The notes beneath the pieces are model-generated. The model was given only the letters and a program-made list of their open reading frames with translations. It was not told the origin of the DNA and did no database searches. This document shows positions 12,667-26,095 of a stretch of 64,000 nucleotides of DNA, piece after piece. The stretch spans positions 108,624,001-108,688,000 of the forward strand of contig OX597822.1 of the NCBI GenBank assembly GCA_951406725.2. The letters run 5' to 3'. This DNA is from Octopus vulgaris. Lineage: Eukaryota. The position numbers and the translations under genes were made by a program. Each line of letters starts with the position of its first letter. The stretch's first letter is position 1.

Positions 12667-13122
12667 AAATAAGAAAATGGAGAAATACATTCAAATCAAA
12701 TATCAACTACCAGATAATACTCAATCACATACTTTATTAAACCACCACATAAGAAACTTTAAGGTCAAACATAATAATATAGAACAAAACAGTGTACATA
12801 AAGGAGTAATATGAGTAATACAATAAGTACAATATGTATAAGAGAATATAAATATAAATAAATATAAATATAAATATAAACTACATCATTGTGTTTATAT
12901 TTATATTTATATTTATTTATATTTATATTCTCTTATACATAATGTACTTATAGTATCATATTACTCCTGCATGTAGACTCCTTTATGTACACTGTTTTGT
13001 TCTATATTATTATGTTTGACCTTAAAGTTTCTTATGTAGTGGTTTAATAAAGTACGTGATTGGGTATTATCTGGTAGTTGATATTTGATGTGGATGTATT
13101 TCTCCATTTTCTTATTTTGTAT
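12662..13122. repeat. Long fold-back palindrome, ~220-bp arms, loop of about 11 nt or less
   Basis: ATACAAAATAAGAAAATGGAGAAATACA...ATAAAC / loop 12882-12892 / GTTTAT...TGTATTTCTCCATTTTCTTATTTTGTAT. Scattered mismatches and one small indel. Confidence 0.92.
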
Positions 13123-13284
13123 TATGAATTTGTAGTAAAACCTTTGCCCATATAATACAGTAAATGAATTAATTGCATCGCAATTCTTAACATTTATGTA
13201 TTAACTTTGTTGGGTACTTCACTAGCAGTATATTGGATATATGTTATCCCATGGAGGGTTGCATTTACAACCCCTATCACAATT

Positions 13285-13327
<43 letters not shown>

Positions 13328-13510
13328 GTGTGTGTACGTGTGTGTGTGTGGGGTATATATACAACTCTGCGTTTGTGTGAGTGTGAGAAAATGCGTGCGT
13401 GAGTGTCCCTGTGTGCGCATGTTTGTGTGTATTTATAAATATAGAAATATATATATATATATATAATAAAATAGGGTAATAAAAGTCTGTGCATCTAGGA
13501 TTACGAAGGT

Positions 13511-13590
13511 ATCGCACTGAAGAACCTGACCTTGGCATATATGTTTCGTTTGTTTTCAAAAAAAATAGGTAGAAACCGTCGGTCTGGGAT
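13511..13590 (+). ncRNA. Variant minimal hammerhead motif in a ~230-bp cassette flanked by (TA)n
   Basis: AUCGCA-CUGAAGA-ACCU...AGGU-A-GAAA-CCGUCGG-UC-UGGGAU. Stem I 5 of 6 paired, stem III ACCG-U-CGGU, GUC site, one extra A before GAAA. Confidence 0.6.
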
Positions 13591-13690
13591 GTAGGTAAGA
13601 TGGTAACTGTTTTTAATTTTCATTCCTTTCATGCATTTATTCCTTTTTGCGTTCTAGCGCCACGCTTCCTTATTTGGAAGCCTTTTATTG

Positions 13691-13805
<115 letters not shown>

Positions 13806-14296
13806 TTCGAGTATTAAGAAACAAAATATCTCATTGCAAATTTAAAATACTTTATATGCTTCGCTCTATGTCTCTTACTCTGTCATACAATGCTATCTCA
13901 ATATATTAAGAATAAATATATCTAGTTCTTAAATGCATTACTGATTGTTATCTGGTTGAAAATGAAACAGCTGTAGAGGAAAAAAATATTTTTAATGTAC
14001 AAAATGTTATATCGTTTCTTTCCCCAAATATTCTGCTTTAAACATTTTATTAAACAAAATTATTACTTACTGGTATTGCTCCTGGAAGGCTGTGTACTTT
14101 AGATAATATATTAAACGACATGTTGAAAATTGATCTCTCGAACTTTCTGAAATACTCTCGTACTGCATAAGCGCTAATTCAATATATTAAATTACGATTG
14201 CTTAACATTTTTCTCGATATATATATATGTATATATGTGTGTATGTGCTTATACATATATACACATGAATGTTTATATATACATATGTATATGTGC

Positions 14297-14407
<111 letters not shown>

Positions 14408-15355
14408 CACGCATATATACACCTATAATTGATTGATAGGTAGATATAACGAAAGAAACATCTATGCATAGACGCGCACATATACCTATACATGTGAGAC
14501 CTCTACGCCAGAACTCATTTTACACACAGAACTATAGGTACCCAATCACATTCGGACCAAATTATAACCTGCAATCTATAATCTAATAGAAATTATGCCT
14601 TGAAATGAAATTTTCCTCAAACACAAATGTCTTAATTCATGCTTTACCCTACATTCCCAATACTTATTTACTTCAACGTACCATTAAATTACGACTGAAA
14701 ATCGTTTTATAACTTCGTCTTAAAGAAAGATTTCAAACTAAAATCAAATTTGTGCACGCATTAATTTTATTTTCGTAAATATTTATATATTTAGGTTCTT
14801 CAAGCAACTTCAAAAGTATATTACCCTACACGCGTGTGCAACACATATTCCATATATCTCGTAATCTATGTCTGATAATGCGTGCATGCGAGCGATTGCG
14901 TTTTGTTTTACTTTCCAAAGCATACAGTTCTTAACATATATTCACATATCTCAATGCTCGTGTATTGGTATGTACCTATGTACGTGACTGTATATGTGTG
15001 TGAAATTACGTATGTCTGCGCTATGTTAAATATAAGGGAATTATATAGATATATGCATGGTTGTGTTTAAGTGTTCACTTTGCATGCACTAGTTTCCAGT
15101 GCAGTCGTCATACATACGTGCATACATCCACACACACGCACACACACTTACACACACACATACATATATATATAGGGAAAGAGAAGTATATGTATGTATA
15201 CATCACTCTATCTATCTACATACATACGCACACAGACACTCAGATTTATATGTATACAAAAGTATGAGAAGATAATTATATGTCCTGTCATACAGTGACC
15301 AACGACTCGTATCCATGAAGAGCTTAGCCTCAGAGACGGCTGCAATAGGTTATAT

Positions 15356-15617
15356 GATCTCAATATTAGTGAACCTTTATGGTGCACTTTAGAAAAACAA
15401 GTCAGAAGTCGATATATCCCCCATCATCCCAACGAGAACTGGAGATTGTTTTAGCTGAAGAATGAACAACAATTTATTTGGATAGAAATCAAATTTTGTA
15501 CCAGTCCATAGCTGGTGGAATTCAAGCTGTAATTACTGCCAAACGCGGTCCTGCCTTAAATTGTAATAAGTTTGTTTGAAATATGAAGGTGCTTCCATTA
15601 TTTTGTCCAACCCCTAC
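15356..15617 (+). mobile_element. Tc1-family transposon 3' fragment (transposase C-terminus and right end)
   Basis: DLNISEPLWCTLEKQVRSRYIPPSSQRELEIVLAEE*...YQSIAGGIQAVITAKRGP (cf. SPDLNPIE.LW...R..AV..AKGG.T.Y), then TIR-like CCATTATTTTGTCCAACCCCT. Confidence 0.8.
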
Positions 15618-15657
15618 ATATATACATACACATATACTTACATACATACACATATAA

Positions 15658-15739
<82 letters not shown>

Positions 15740-15843
15740 AGGTATAAATTTCACCGAAGGAATATTAAATATCCGAAGAATTTAAATATTTAAATTAAAT
15801 TAAATTAAATTTATAATTGTTCAATTTATTGTTGTTTTCCCTT

Positions 15844-15901
<58 letters not shown>

Positions 15902-15903
15902 TT

Positions 15904-15949
<46 letters not shown>

Positions 15950-16702
15950 TATATTCTTATGTATACACTTATACATGCATATGCATATATATGCGTATAT
16001 ATCTATCTATCTATCTATCTATCTATATATATATATATATATACTATGCCTATTTGTGTGTATTGTTGTGTGCGCCTGTGTGTGTTGTTAGTATGTACAT
16101 GTTTGCACATATGCCTAGCAATCAGAGTTTACACTCAATAACGCAATGCATTTGAAACGTACTAAAATATATTTTGCTCACAGTCACGACTTGGGAAATA
16201 ACAATTAATATAATGTCAAGTTTGAAACAAAATGATTGTTCTCTAAGTAATTAATGTGAAACATGTATCTTAAATTCAAATGTCACCAATGTATTTAATT
16301 TCCATTTACCGAAATATATTCCAAGTAATCTAATTCCGGATGATATAATATATTTCAGTGCGCCATTTTCACCTACAAAATGCCACATGGATCGTATTTA
16401 ACCAACCGGAAAAAGAAGTGGAAATACCAACGCGTGTCTGCAAGCAGTTGAAAGGGTAAGTATAACCACGTTATTTGGGAATCAAATTTGTTTGCGGCAA
16501 AGACTTGCAGTTACCTATAGGCTTGTTTCTGTAGAGCGTAAAATGATAGAAAGTAACGATAGAAATTGGCATTGTCAGAACAATGAGATAAAAAAATTTA
16601 CAAATATTAGCAATCTAGTGAATATATTCATATTCACAGAATTGTAGCGCTTGAAGTATCAGATATTGTTGTAATGTTTTAGTTGAAAATACCGGCCACA
16701 TA

Positions 16703-16747
<45 letters not shown>

Positions 16748-16874
16748 CATATATATACTCACACATATAACCATAGACGCACACATAAACTCACACACGC
16801 ACTTACACACACACACATTCGAAAACGCACTCACACACAGAGTCGCTACCGCGCGCACAACCCTTGCATATACA

Positions 16875-18136
16875 CATAGACGACTGAACTAAATAGATAC
16901 CTCATAAAACTTAGTTTTATGCTTATTCTAACTTGTAAAGGTTTATATTTTCTATTAATTGACATTTTTATGTTGTAGATCTTTAAACATTGACTGTTTA
17001 ATCGTGCCATCAAAAAAAAAGAGCCCTTAGAACTGCCTGAATAATTTTAGAGATGTCGTATATGAGTCATTCTGAAGGTGGACATAGTCAGCATAAAATC
17101 AAAGGAAGCCATCGGATCCTACTTGCTGCAGTTAATAGAGTGTTTGGGAAACCAGAGTGGGGGGGGAGGCGACATCACAGCGCCCAGATCAACTAGAGAC
17201 CTCTGACAGGACCCTTTCTGTTGTCAAGAGAAGTTTGGAGGATAGCGCTTGTCGCAAAGCCTCTAACATCGGAGAACAAGTTGATGTCAGTTCTTGAACT
17301 GCCGTCAGATAGCTCCACAAATTTGGTTACTATAGTAGAGCAGCAAGAAAGAAGCCACAACTTCGACAAACCAACATCGAGGGCAGAAAAGATTGGAGCA
17401 GGGAGATGGTTGGAAAGCCACTAGCATTTTGGGACACTCAGAATTTATGATGAGTCCATATTTTCTGTATTTCCTGACAGTGTTCGAGTGTTGGTCTAGA
17501 GACTGTGATCTAGAATTTGATGCGAAAAGATTGCGGCCAATAATAGAACACGGCAGCTGTTCTGTGATGGTCTGGGGGGAAATTTGGAGCAATGTCTGTT
17601 CAGACCTGGTGGAGTGTGAGGATAAGTTAAACTTCAATAAATATATGTCTATATTGCAGAAAGGACTCCTTCCATCTTCTCAATTGGGGAAGTGATTAAA
17701 GGAGACTTTTATTTATGGTACATGGGGCTCCTTTTCACACGGCTAAAATGACCCAAGATTTGTTGAATGAGAATGGCATTAAAATGTTTCCATGGCCGAG
17801 CCAGTCCCCAGACATGAAGCCTACTGAAAACCTCTGGGATATAAAAGTCAGGACAATTCAGGAAAAGAATGAAAAGCATTTTCAAAGCAAGATCGTTTGA
17901 GACTACTGAATGAAATTTGATAAGAAATTCTGCAAGAAGTATTCGTTATCTGATCATTAACATAGGCGCAGGAGTGGCTGTGAGGGAAGTAGCTTGCTAA
18001 CCAGCCACATGGTTCCGGGTTCAGTCCCACGGCGTGACATCTTGGGCAAGTGTCTTCTGCTATAGCCCCGGGCCGGCCAATGCCTTGTGAGTGGATTTGG
18101 TAGACGGAAACTGAAAGAAGCCTGTCGTATATATGC

Positions 18137-18177
<41 letters not shown>

Positions 18178-18550
18178 ATTGTGTGTCTTTGTTTGTCCCC
18201 CTAGCATTGCTTGACAACCGATGCTGGTGTGTTTATGTCCCCGTTACTTAGCGGTTCGGCAAAAGAGGCCGATAGAATAAGTACTGGGCTTACAAAGAAT
18301 AAGTCCCGGGGTCGATTTGCTCGACTAAAGGCGGTGCTTCAGCATGGCCGCAGTCAAATAACTGAAACAAGTAAAAGAGTAAAAGAGTAAAAGAGTATAC
18401 CTAAGAGGGTCCTTGCATTGAAAAATGCTAAGGGCATTTCTACTAAATATTAAATATATACATTATGACAATATATCATTTGAATATATGATTTCAGATT
18501 TTAATAAATGTTAATGATATGAGGGTGTCTATTTACTTCTGTTACGTCTG
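16875..18550 (+). mobile_element. Near full-length decayed Tc1-family transposon interrupted by a SINE
   Basis: HGSCSVMVWG, HGAPFHTAK, WPSQSPDMKPTENLW and, after the SINE, IPKRVLALKNAKGISTKY*. Degenerate TIRs: CATAGACGACTGAACTAAATAGATACCTCAT (left) vs reverse complement CAGACGTAACAGAAGTAAATAGACACCCTCAT (right). Confidence 0.85.
17965..18396 (+). mobile_element. SINE family A, full length, inserted in the Tc1 transposase
   Basis: GGCGCAGGAGTGGCTGTG head to (GTAAAAGA)3 tail; ATA on both sides. Confidence 0.92.
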
Positions 18551-19318
18551 TTTATATATGTGTGCATGCGCGCGTGTGTTTGTTTATGTGTGTTTGTGTA
18601 AATCCTCACTTTTCTATGTTCGATTTTATGATATTGTGAATGAAATAAATGGATAACATTCATATTTAATAAAGTAGTGTTACTTACTTCAGTATTACCT
18701 TTGTTAGTTGATGACTAACTTAAACTTAACTAAATAAATAAGAAAATATAAACATGAATGTAGAAAAATCGATAAAGGCTTTGCAATAACATAGCAAAAA
18801 TCGATAACCAAATGGTGAGCATATGTAAGAAAGTTAGTGGAAAAAATAAGTGTTGAAAGATTCTTATTGCAGCAGAAGCAGGAACTGTGTTGTTCCTTTA
18901 GAATTCTATTTATCTTCTTTCTTTTTCTACAGAGATCGGAACATTACTGATTAACAAAACCCAAGCGAATAAGCTTGCCTTCTGTAAGAATGTAGATTGT
19001 CGAAAAAGAAACAAAGGAAACCGATAAACGGTGTTTAGGTATTCGACTGATTTGACTGGTTTTGTATGGTATATCTGGCTTGATTTATTAACTGGGAAAA
19101 GGAAACCGTGTATGAACTAAGCTATGCAATTGCTGAAGTACCCAAATAAGAAATAAATAAAATACAAAATATATATTTTTCGCTTCATATGATTAGTAGG
19201 GTCCATGACAGCTGATATGATACGGTAGATTATGCTAAGTAGCCCTTGCTAATCCGTAAGTCAGAATATGATCAACTTAGTAGTGAGCTGATCAATATTG
19301 ATGTATATGAAATCCAGT

Positions 19319-19640
19319 GAGGGTGCGTGGCTTAGTGGTTAGGGAATTCGGCTCATGATCGTAAGGTTGTGAGTTCGATTCCCGGCGACGCGTTGTGTCC
19401 TTGAGCAAGACACTTTATTTCACGTTGCTCCAGTCCACTCAGCTGGCAAAAATGAGTTGTACTTGTATTTCAAAAGGGCCGGCCTTGTCACTCTCTGTGT
19501 CACGCTGATTATCCCCGAGAACTACGTTAAGGGTACACGTGTCTGTGGAATGCTCAGCCATTTGCACGTTAATTTCACGAGGAAGCTGTTCCTTTGATCG
19601 TATCAGCTGGGACCCTCGTCGTCGTAACCGGCGGAGTCTT
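19319..19640 (+). mobile_element. SINE family C (tRNA head plus CORE-like segment) with probable 12-bp TSD
   Basis: TGGCTTAGTGG A-box, GTTCGATTCCC B-box, GTGTCCTTGAGCAAGACACTTT. ATATGAAATCCA at 19305-19316 and 19647-19658. Confidence 0.88.
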
Positions 19641-21314
19641 TTTAAAATATGAAATCCATGATATAATAAAGAAAATAGCTTTCGGTATTGCAAAATAGAA
19701 AACCAACAATGCACCGAAGAACTAATTTGTTATTCTTTACTTTCAAAGAAATGAAATAAGAAAGATTAATCGGTAGAACAGTTGGTATACTGGACAAAGT
19801 GGTAATAAATGGGTTAATAGTCAATAGTTAATAGTTTAGGTGACCTTAGAGCGATGGGAGAGTGACATACAAAAAATATAAGAAAATTCGAGGATGATTA
19901 TGTATAACAGTGTCATACAGTTTTAGTAAACATGAAATTGAAACTCCAATAAATATTGCAAATAACAAATTAAACTCTATATATCTATTTTGATATCTAG
20001 AAAACAGAGAAAACTATCATTTCTGTAAATGTATTGAAAGTAATTGTTAGCACATTAATGATTTATGTGACAATAACAGAACGATACAGAAGGCAATATA
20101 ATATTATTAGAGTTAGGTTATTTGAAATATTTCCATCTAATGAATTATTATATCATTGGTTTGGCATTTTAAATTGCTTTTCGTGTGGATATTGTATCGA
20201 TAAAGTTTCTGCTACTTACACTTGCTTCCAGAAGTACACAGATGTACTAGTTCTAGAGTATATAGTTCAATGATGAATGCCATAAAAAGTGATAGATGAT
20301 ATATTGTATAGCTATTGTAATTTGATAAGTTCTGGATCGAAAAGCTAACTATTATACATAGCTGCACAATTCCAAAGCCGTAATTAAGGTATAGTTTCCA
20401 GTTAGAAGAAAGGTGGTGTAAACTTTAAATAAAGAACTAAATCAGTCTGTGTTCTTCTGATAAATCACAAGAAAGGAATTATCTATGTGATATTTTAAAT
20501 TGCAATTTTAATCAAAACTTTAACCATAGAATCTTTTTTTACTGATCCAGCATATGATTCAAGAATACATACTTCCTTATAGATATAGATAAATAGATAG
20601 TTAGGCAGATAGATAGATAGATAGTTAAATATAAAGACGTCAATATATGAATATGTAAAAATGATTTATATGTGAGAATGCTTAATATATATACGAGGAG
20701 GTGCTCATAATTTTTTAGCAGGAGCGTCAATTAAATTTGATTTTATTCATAATATTCCCTTCTCAGATTCTCACACATTATTGCGGCGGTCCTTCAAATA
20801 TTCCAAGTCGTGTAAAAGAACCCGGAAAGTTAGGCCTCGATTCAGACGTTTCGCGATACAGTTGAAGGCAGGGAGTTTTCAGTAACCACTTGTGTATATA
20901 TATATATATATATATATACACATACATACATAGATACATAGATACATACATACATACATACATACATACATACATACATACATACATACATACATACATA
21001 CATACATACATGCATGCATAAATTTTCTAACTATTTGGACTTTTGCTATATGTCTTTTGATATTTCGATTAAATCATGTTCATCATTTGGTCTACTATAT
21101 AACTTTCAATGGATTTATGTTAGGAAATCAGCTTAATTTGTTGAGTTTATGATTGTTAAAGGAAACGGAAGATGGATTAAGTACGGAAATCTAAAGTTTC
21201 GTAATAAATTCATTTGGTTTCCCTTCTCAACTATTTTTTACCTTTACACATTATAATATAATATACTATAAAAAATATAATATAATACAACATAAAATTT
21301 TTTTTTTAATTATA

Positions 21315-21398
21315 AAGCCAACAATTTGTTTCGACTTATATACATTAGTTAGTTTATAATATATTCCCATATATGTATACAAGTCTCTTCAGGGACTT
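21315..21398 (-). ncRNA. Minimal type I hammerhead ribozyme motif with long stem II
   Basis: Minus strand: AAGUCC-CUGAAGA-GACUUGUAUACAU...AUGUAUAUAAGUC-GAAA-CAAAUUG-UU-GGCUU. 13-bp stem II with canonical G10.1-C11.1, stem I with one bulge, GUU site, downstream (AUUAU)-like tail. Confidence 0.7.
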
Positions 21399-21800
21399 GG
21401 TTCAAATCGCAGACGAAATTTCCCGTAAAGGACTGCTAAATTTCAAGCATATACTGATTCAAAATACATATGTGTAGGAGTGTGAGCGTTAAAATTCAAA
21501 TACATATTAAGTACCATGAAAGAACAACAAAATTTAAATAGATAAAATAATTAAGTAAAGAAAATTAAAATGCTCAAACCCATTCAGTGAAAGATGTTTT
21601 TAACTCAACAGAGACTATCTACTGATGGGGCTAACTCTGTTGCATTGCTGTCTTACGATTCTTTGGCAGGCAGAAACTTCGAAGTCATCTTCAACCACAT
21701 GTTTATTTATATAGGAATAATTAGTTTTCCATCTACAAAAGTATTGAGTATCACATCTGATCAATGTAAAATTGTTTTTATTGTAACTGAACACAAAACA

Positions 21801-21858
<58 letters not shown>

Positions 21859-24012
21859 TGTATGTATGTGTGCATTTGTTTGTTTGTGTGTTATGCAGTG
21901 GTGACCCATCTTACTGTTTGTGTCTCAATGCCAAAATTAGTTACAATTTCTTCATATACTTCCTTATAGTGACCAGTGTGGCAAAGCAATTCTTCCAAAG
22001 TCATGAGTCATGTAATTATTGCCTTAATACATATAGAAACACAAACACAGTGTAACCTTGCAGAATTTAATTTTAATCAGAAATGCCAACAAGCATAATG
22101 TATAATTAACTTATATGATGGAACACAAAGCAATTATTTTACAAAGAATTAGTGCTTAGTAGAACAACCTAATTTAAAGCATAATTCGTAATCAAGCAGA
22201 TATCAGCAGAAATTGTTGGTGTATAATATGCTTTTTCTTTCGCGCACGCGAGCTTATGTGTGTATGTTTCTGTGAGTGTGTTTGAGTGTGTGTATTGTGT
22301 GTGTGTTTGTGTGTGTTTGTACGTGTGTGTCAATGAATGCAAAATAATTTATCGTGTTGTCAGACTGGAAAACGTAATGTTTTGATACTTTTGATGATAC
22401 ACTTACTTGTAAATAGACGAGATGAATTTATTCCCCCCATACTGGAAACCTGCTGCTCCGAATAGTCGCAACGGAGGTAATGGCAGCTAATGAATTTATT
22501 TTTAAATAATCGCCGATTAATTTAGTCTGTCGCTCATGATGAAAACCACTTCCGCCCTTAAAATTCTATTCAAATTTAGTCCGTTCTTAAAATATTGTAC
22601 AAAATCGCCAGATCAGTAAATGTTAAAAAGATCATCGACGTCGATTGCCATGTGATTGATCATTAGACCATAGATTTCAAAATTGTTTATATGTAGACAA
22701 CAATTCCTGATTAAATTGTAAATAAACTTACGTAATTACACTTTATAAGAATGTTTCCAAGTACATCGTCGTCATAAAATATTGATAAAATTTACATTTT
22801 TAACATGCACCGTATTTCTGTTTGTAGAGTTGAATGCTTGATTTCAATTCAGCCCTGAGCAGTCATGCTCTATAACCTTGACATATAAGACACACAGCTG
22901 ACTAGTTATTGCAACATACGTGGTCTCAAGAGGAGCAACGACAATATCATGAAATACTGTCACAAATTTAAAGAGATACAAAAATATACAATAACCATAG
23001 TAAATGACCAGTTTATTTTTCCCGTCTGAAATCTCGGGTTTTAGCCTCATGCACTTTATTTTATGAGATCGCCGACTTTTAGTAGAAACATGAGTTTATT
23101 TCTCCCTAAGGACATAAACTTTGCATTTAAAACTTTGTACTCATTAAACGTTACTGTTGTCTATGAGTAGAATATTCTATGTTGTCAACGAACACGTTTA
23201 GCACTCACCGTCCTAATATATAACATGTCATGTGATTTTTTGGCATGTTAGAATCCTCCATGCCTGCTAGATTGAGTGAGAATTAGTGTAAATTAAAATA
23301 GTGGCAGGTGGCTACAGCCAAATAGTGATATATACGCAAACAAACCGAGAAAACCACACGCACATATGTACATGTATATGAAAATGTGTATGCGTAATAT
23401 ATAATGCTTAAGGAGCAATATAAAGTAAATAAAAACTTATTAAACTTTCCTTCACAGACATGTTTAATAGTTTCAAGTAACACCCAACAATTGATGTGAT
23501 GAAAAGGCGTGAAACAGACAACTAACATGATAAAAAATTAGAAATGCTCCTACAGAAATTTCTTTAAAAACCATAGAATACTATAAGAAAACGACTGAGT
23601 ACCGTAAGTTTTGAAGTAGATATAAAATGATACACATTTATCTGAAGCAGTTTGTCAGTTATCACTTTCTTTTTCATTTTAAACGAAAAACGAAAGTGTC
23701 TTCAAGTCTGTAGTGAGGGTATAAGTGTTAAAGCAAAGAGTGTCTTTGAAAGAAAACCAATTCTTCTAACAACACAGACAATTGAGGCGACATATCCTGT
23801 CATAATAGCCGCAATAAACAGTAGGTCGCAGCATAACTGTGCAGTCTGTAATTGAATTGATAACACCTCTTATATCACTCGTTTTATCATTTCCCCATTA
23901 ACTCCCTCAGATTTCCCAAACATACAAACATATCTGAAAGCATATAAAACACTTCAGCTAACGTTGTGTCACACAAAGATGCGCACACAAGCACCCCGAC
24001 ACAAAAACGCAC

Positions 24013-24075
<63 letters not shown>

Positions 24076-24077
24076 CA

Positions 24078-24226
<149 letters not shown>

Positions 24227-24236
24227 CATACATATA

Positions 24237-24286
<50 letters not shown>

Positions 24287-24564
24287 GTATACTTATGTAA
24301 CTATGTATAAAGCATTCATACAACATGCGTATATATGTGTGTGTGTTTTTATGCGTGAACACAATTCACTTTACTACATTATGGTTGTCAGCTTATACAT
24401 ATAAAAGCAAAGAGTTGAAGCTATACGACTTTCAGATCACCTACAGTGTTGTCTATTAGTTTTTTTGCTATAAAGTCATTTAATCGGGTCACGCTTATGT
24501 TTATTCAGCCATAGTGTGAAATTGTATTTTTGAAATAGAGCAATGTATACATGCATACATATAT

Positions 24565-24681
<117 letters not shown>

Positions 24682-24793
24682 TATACATATATATAAATAT
24701 ACATATCAACACATACCTGCTTACATAGATCAACGCACACATATATATCTATGTATGTATATATGTGTATATATATATGCATATATATATTGA

Positions 24794-24825
<32 letters not shown>

Positions 24826-25875
24826 ACGTAGATACATACATCCACTAATATATGTACCTATAAATCAATATATGATGAGTTGTTAGAAAAAAATAAAGTG
24901 AGAAATGCAAATGTCGGCAAGTTATTGTTGTAGAATCACTTGGTAGTGCAAGCGAAAAGTTCCGATTTAAATGGGAACGGGAGACAACAAAGTCAAATAT
25001 TAAACAACTCGCAAGTCAAGAAGAGAAGAAAAAACAAGTCTGGAATGTGGCTGGGTGTCTGTTGGCATCAAGATCACACCATTTCTTTTAAAATATCTTC
25101 TTCACATGACACAACACACGGGTTCGCACATCCACTCGAACACACATTCGCACACATGCACACACAGATGTACGTACCTTCGAACGCACACTCGAACACG
25201 TTTATATACTTATAAATAGATATGTACACATTTCGAAAAAATATATAGTTTAAACGATATAAAACGTATGCTATTCTTCAACAGACTACATTTAGAATAT
25301 GATGAAAGAATTAATATTCGTGTAGTGGTTTCCATTAGGGTGGATTTCTATTCCATGGTAAGAGATCCATGCCCTCTAATGTTGAACACCATGTCTGCGG
25401 CATGTGAAATATGATATGAAGTATTAGGAGAAGGAATTGCAACAGAATACTCTCCCTCCAAGTATAGTTTACTTTTCGTTCACATTTTACTAGTTTACAT
25501 GTTCGGCCATTGTGATCAGTATCGACATCCACTGGTTCTGATGTTGGCAATTTCGTCTTCTTTCTTCGAGATATGATCCTGTCCAGATCAGAGGAAAATG
25601 GCTCTCTTCACGATGCTGGGGCGGGGGGGCGTTGCTACAAAATATGTAGCACAGGAATATCCCTGAAGACAGATGATAAGTGTAGTAGTGTGAGGATCAG
25701 TCTTTGAGAAGAGCCCCACCATATTGTGCATATTGTGAATATTATTTCATAGGCATAGCCTTAACATATTAGGTATTTCAGCCTATATTTAAAATATATT
25801 TGATTACATTTTAACACATTGTATTAAAAGACAACAGCTACCAAACGATGCATAGACAAGTAACTAAACACAATA

Positions 25876-26095
25876 CTTATTTCTTTATTACCCACAAGTG
25901 GACAAACAAGGACAGACATAGGTATTAAGTCGATTACATCGACCCCAGTGCGTAACTAGTGCTTAATTTATCGACCCCGAAAGGATGAAAGGCAAAGTCG
26001 ATCTCGGCGGAATTTGAACTCACAACGTAACGGCAGACGAAATACCGCTAAGCATTTCGCCCGGCCTGCTAACGTTTCTGCCAGCTCGCCGCCTC
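25876..26095 (-). mobile_element. SINE family B with 16-bp TSD
   Basis: Reverse complement of the 7578 family. AACTAAACACAATACT at 25862-25877 and 26098-26113. Confidence 0.92.

Noticed and set aside
13960-13982. GAAACAGCUGUAGAGG, and GAAACCGGUU at ~2954, with palindromic stem III-like sequence
   Set aside because: No upstream core or pairing stems I and II could be found.
18905-18990. Polypyrimidine tract + CAG with a downstream GTAAG (candidate exon); similar acceptor near 37180
   Set aside because: No recognisable peptide and no partner exons; unsupported without RNA data.
19319-19390. tRNA-like sequences here and at ~28744-28815
   Set aside because: They continue into SINE bodies found elsewhere in the window, so they are SINE heads rather than tRNA genes.
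20770-20892. Minus-strand GCGAAACGUCUGAAUC, resembling a hammerhead 3' half
   Set aside because: No CUGANGA partner before the sequence ends in (TA)n; at most a truncated cassette.
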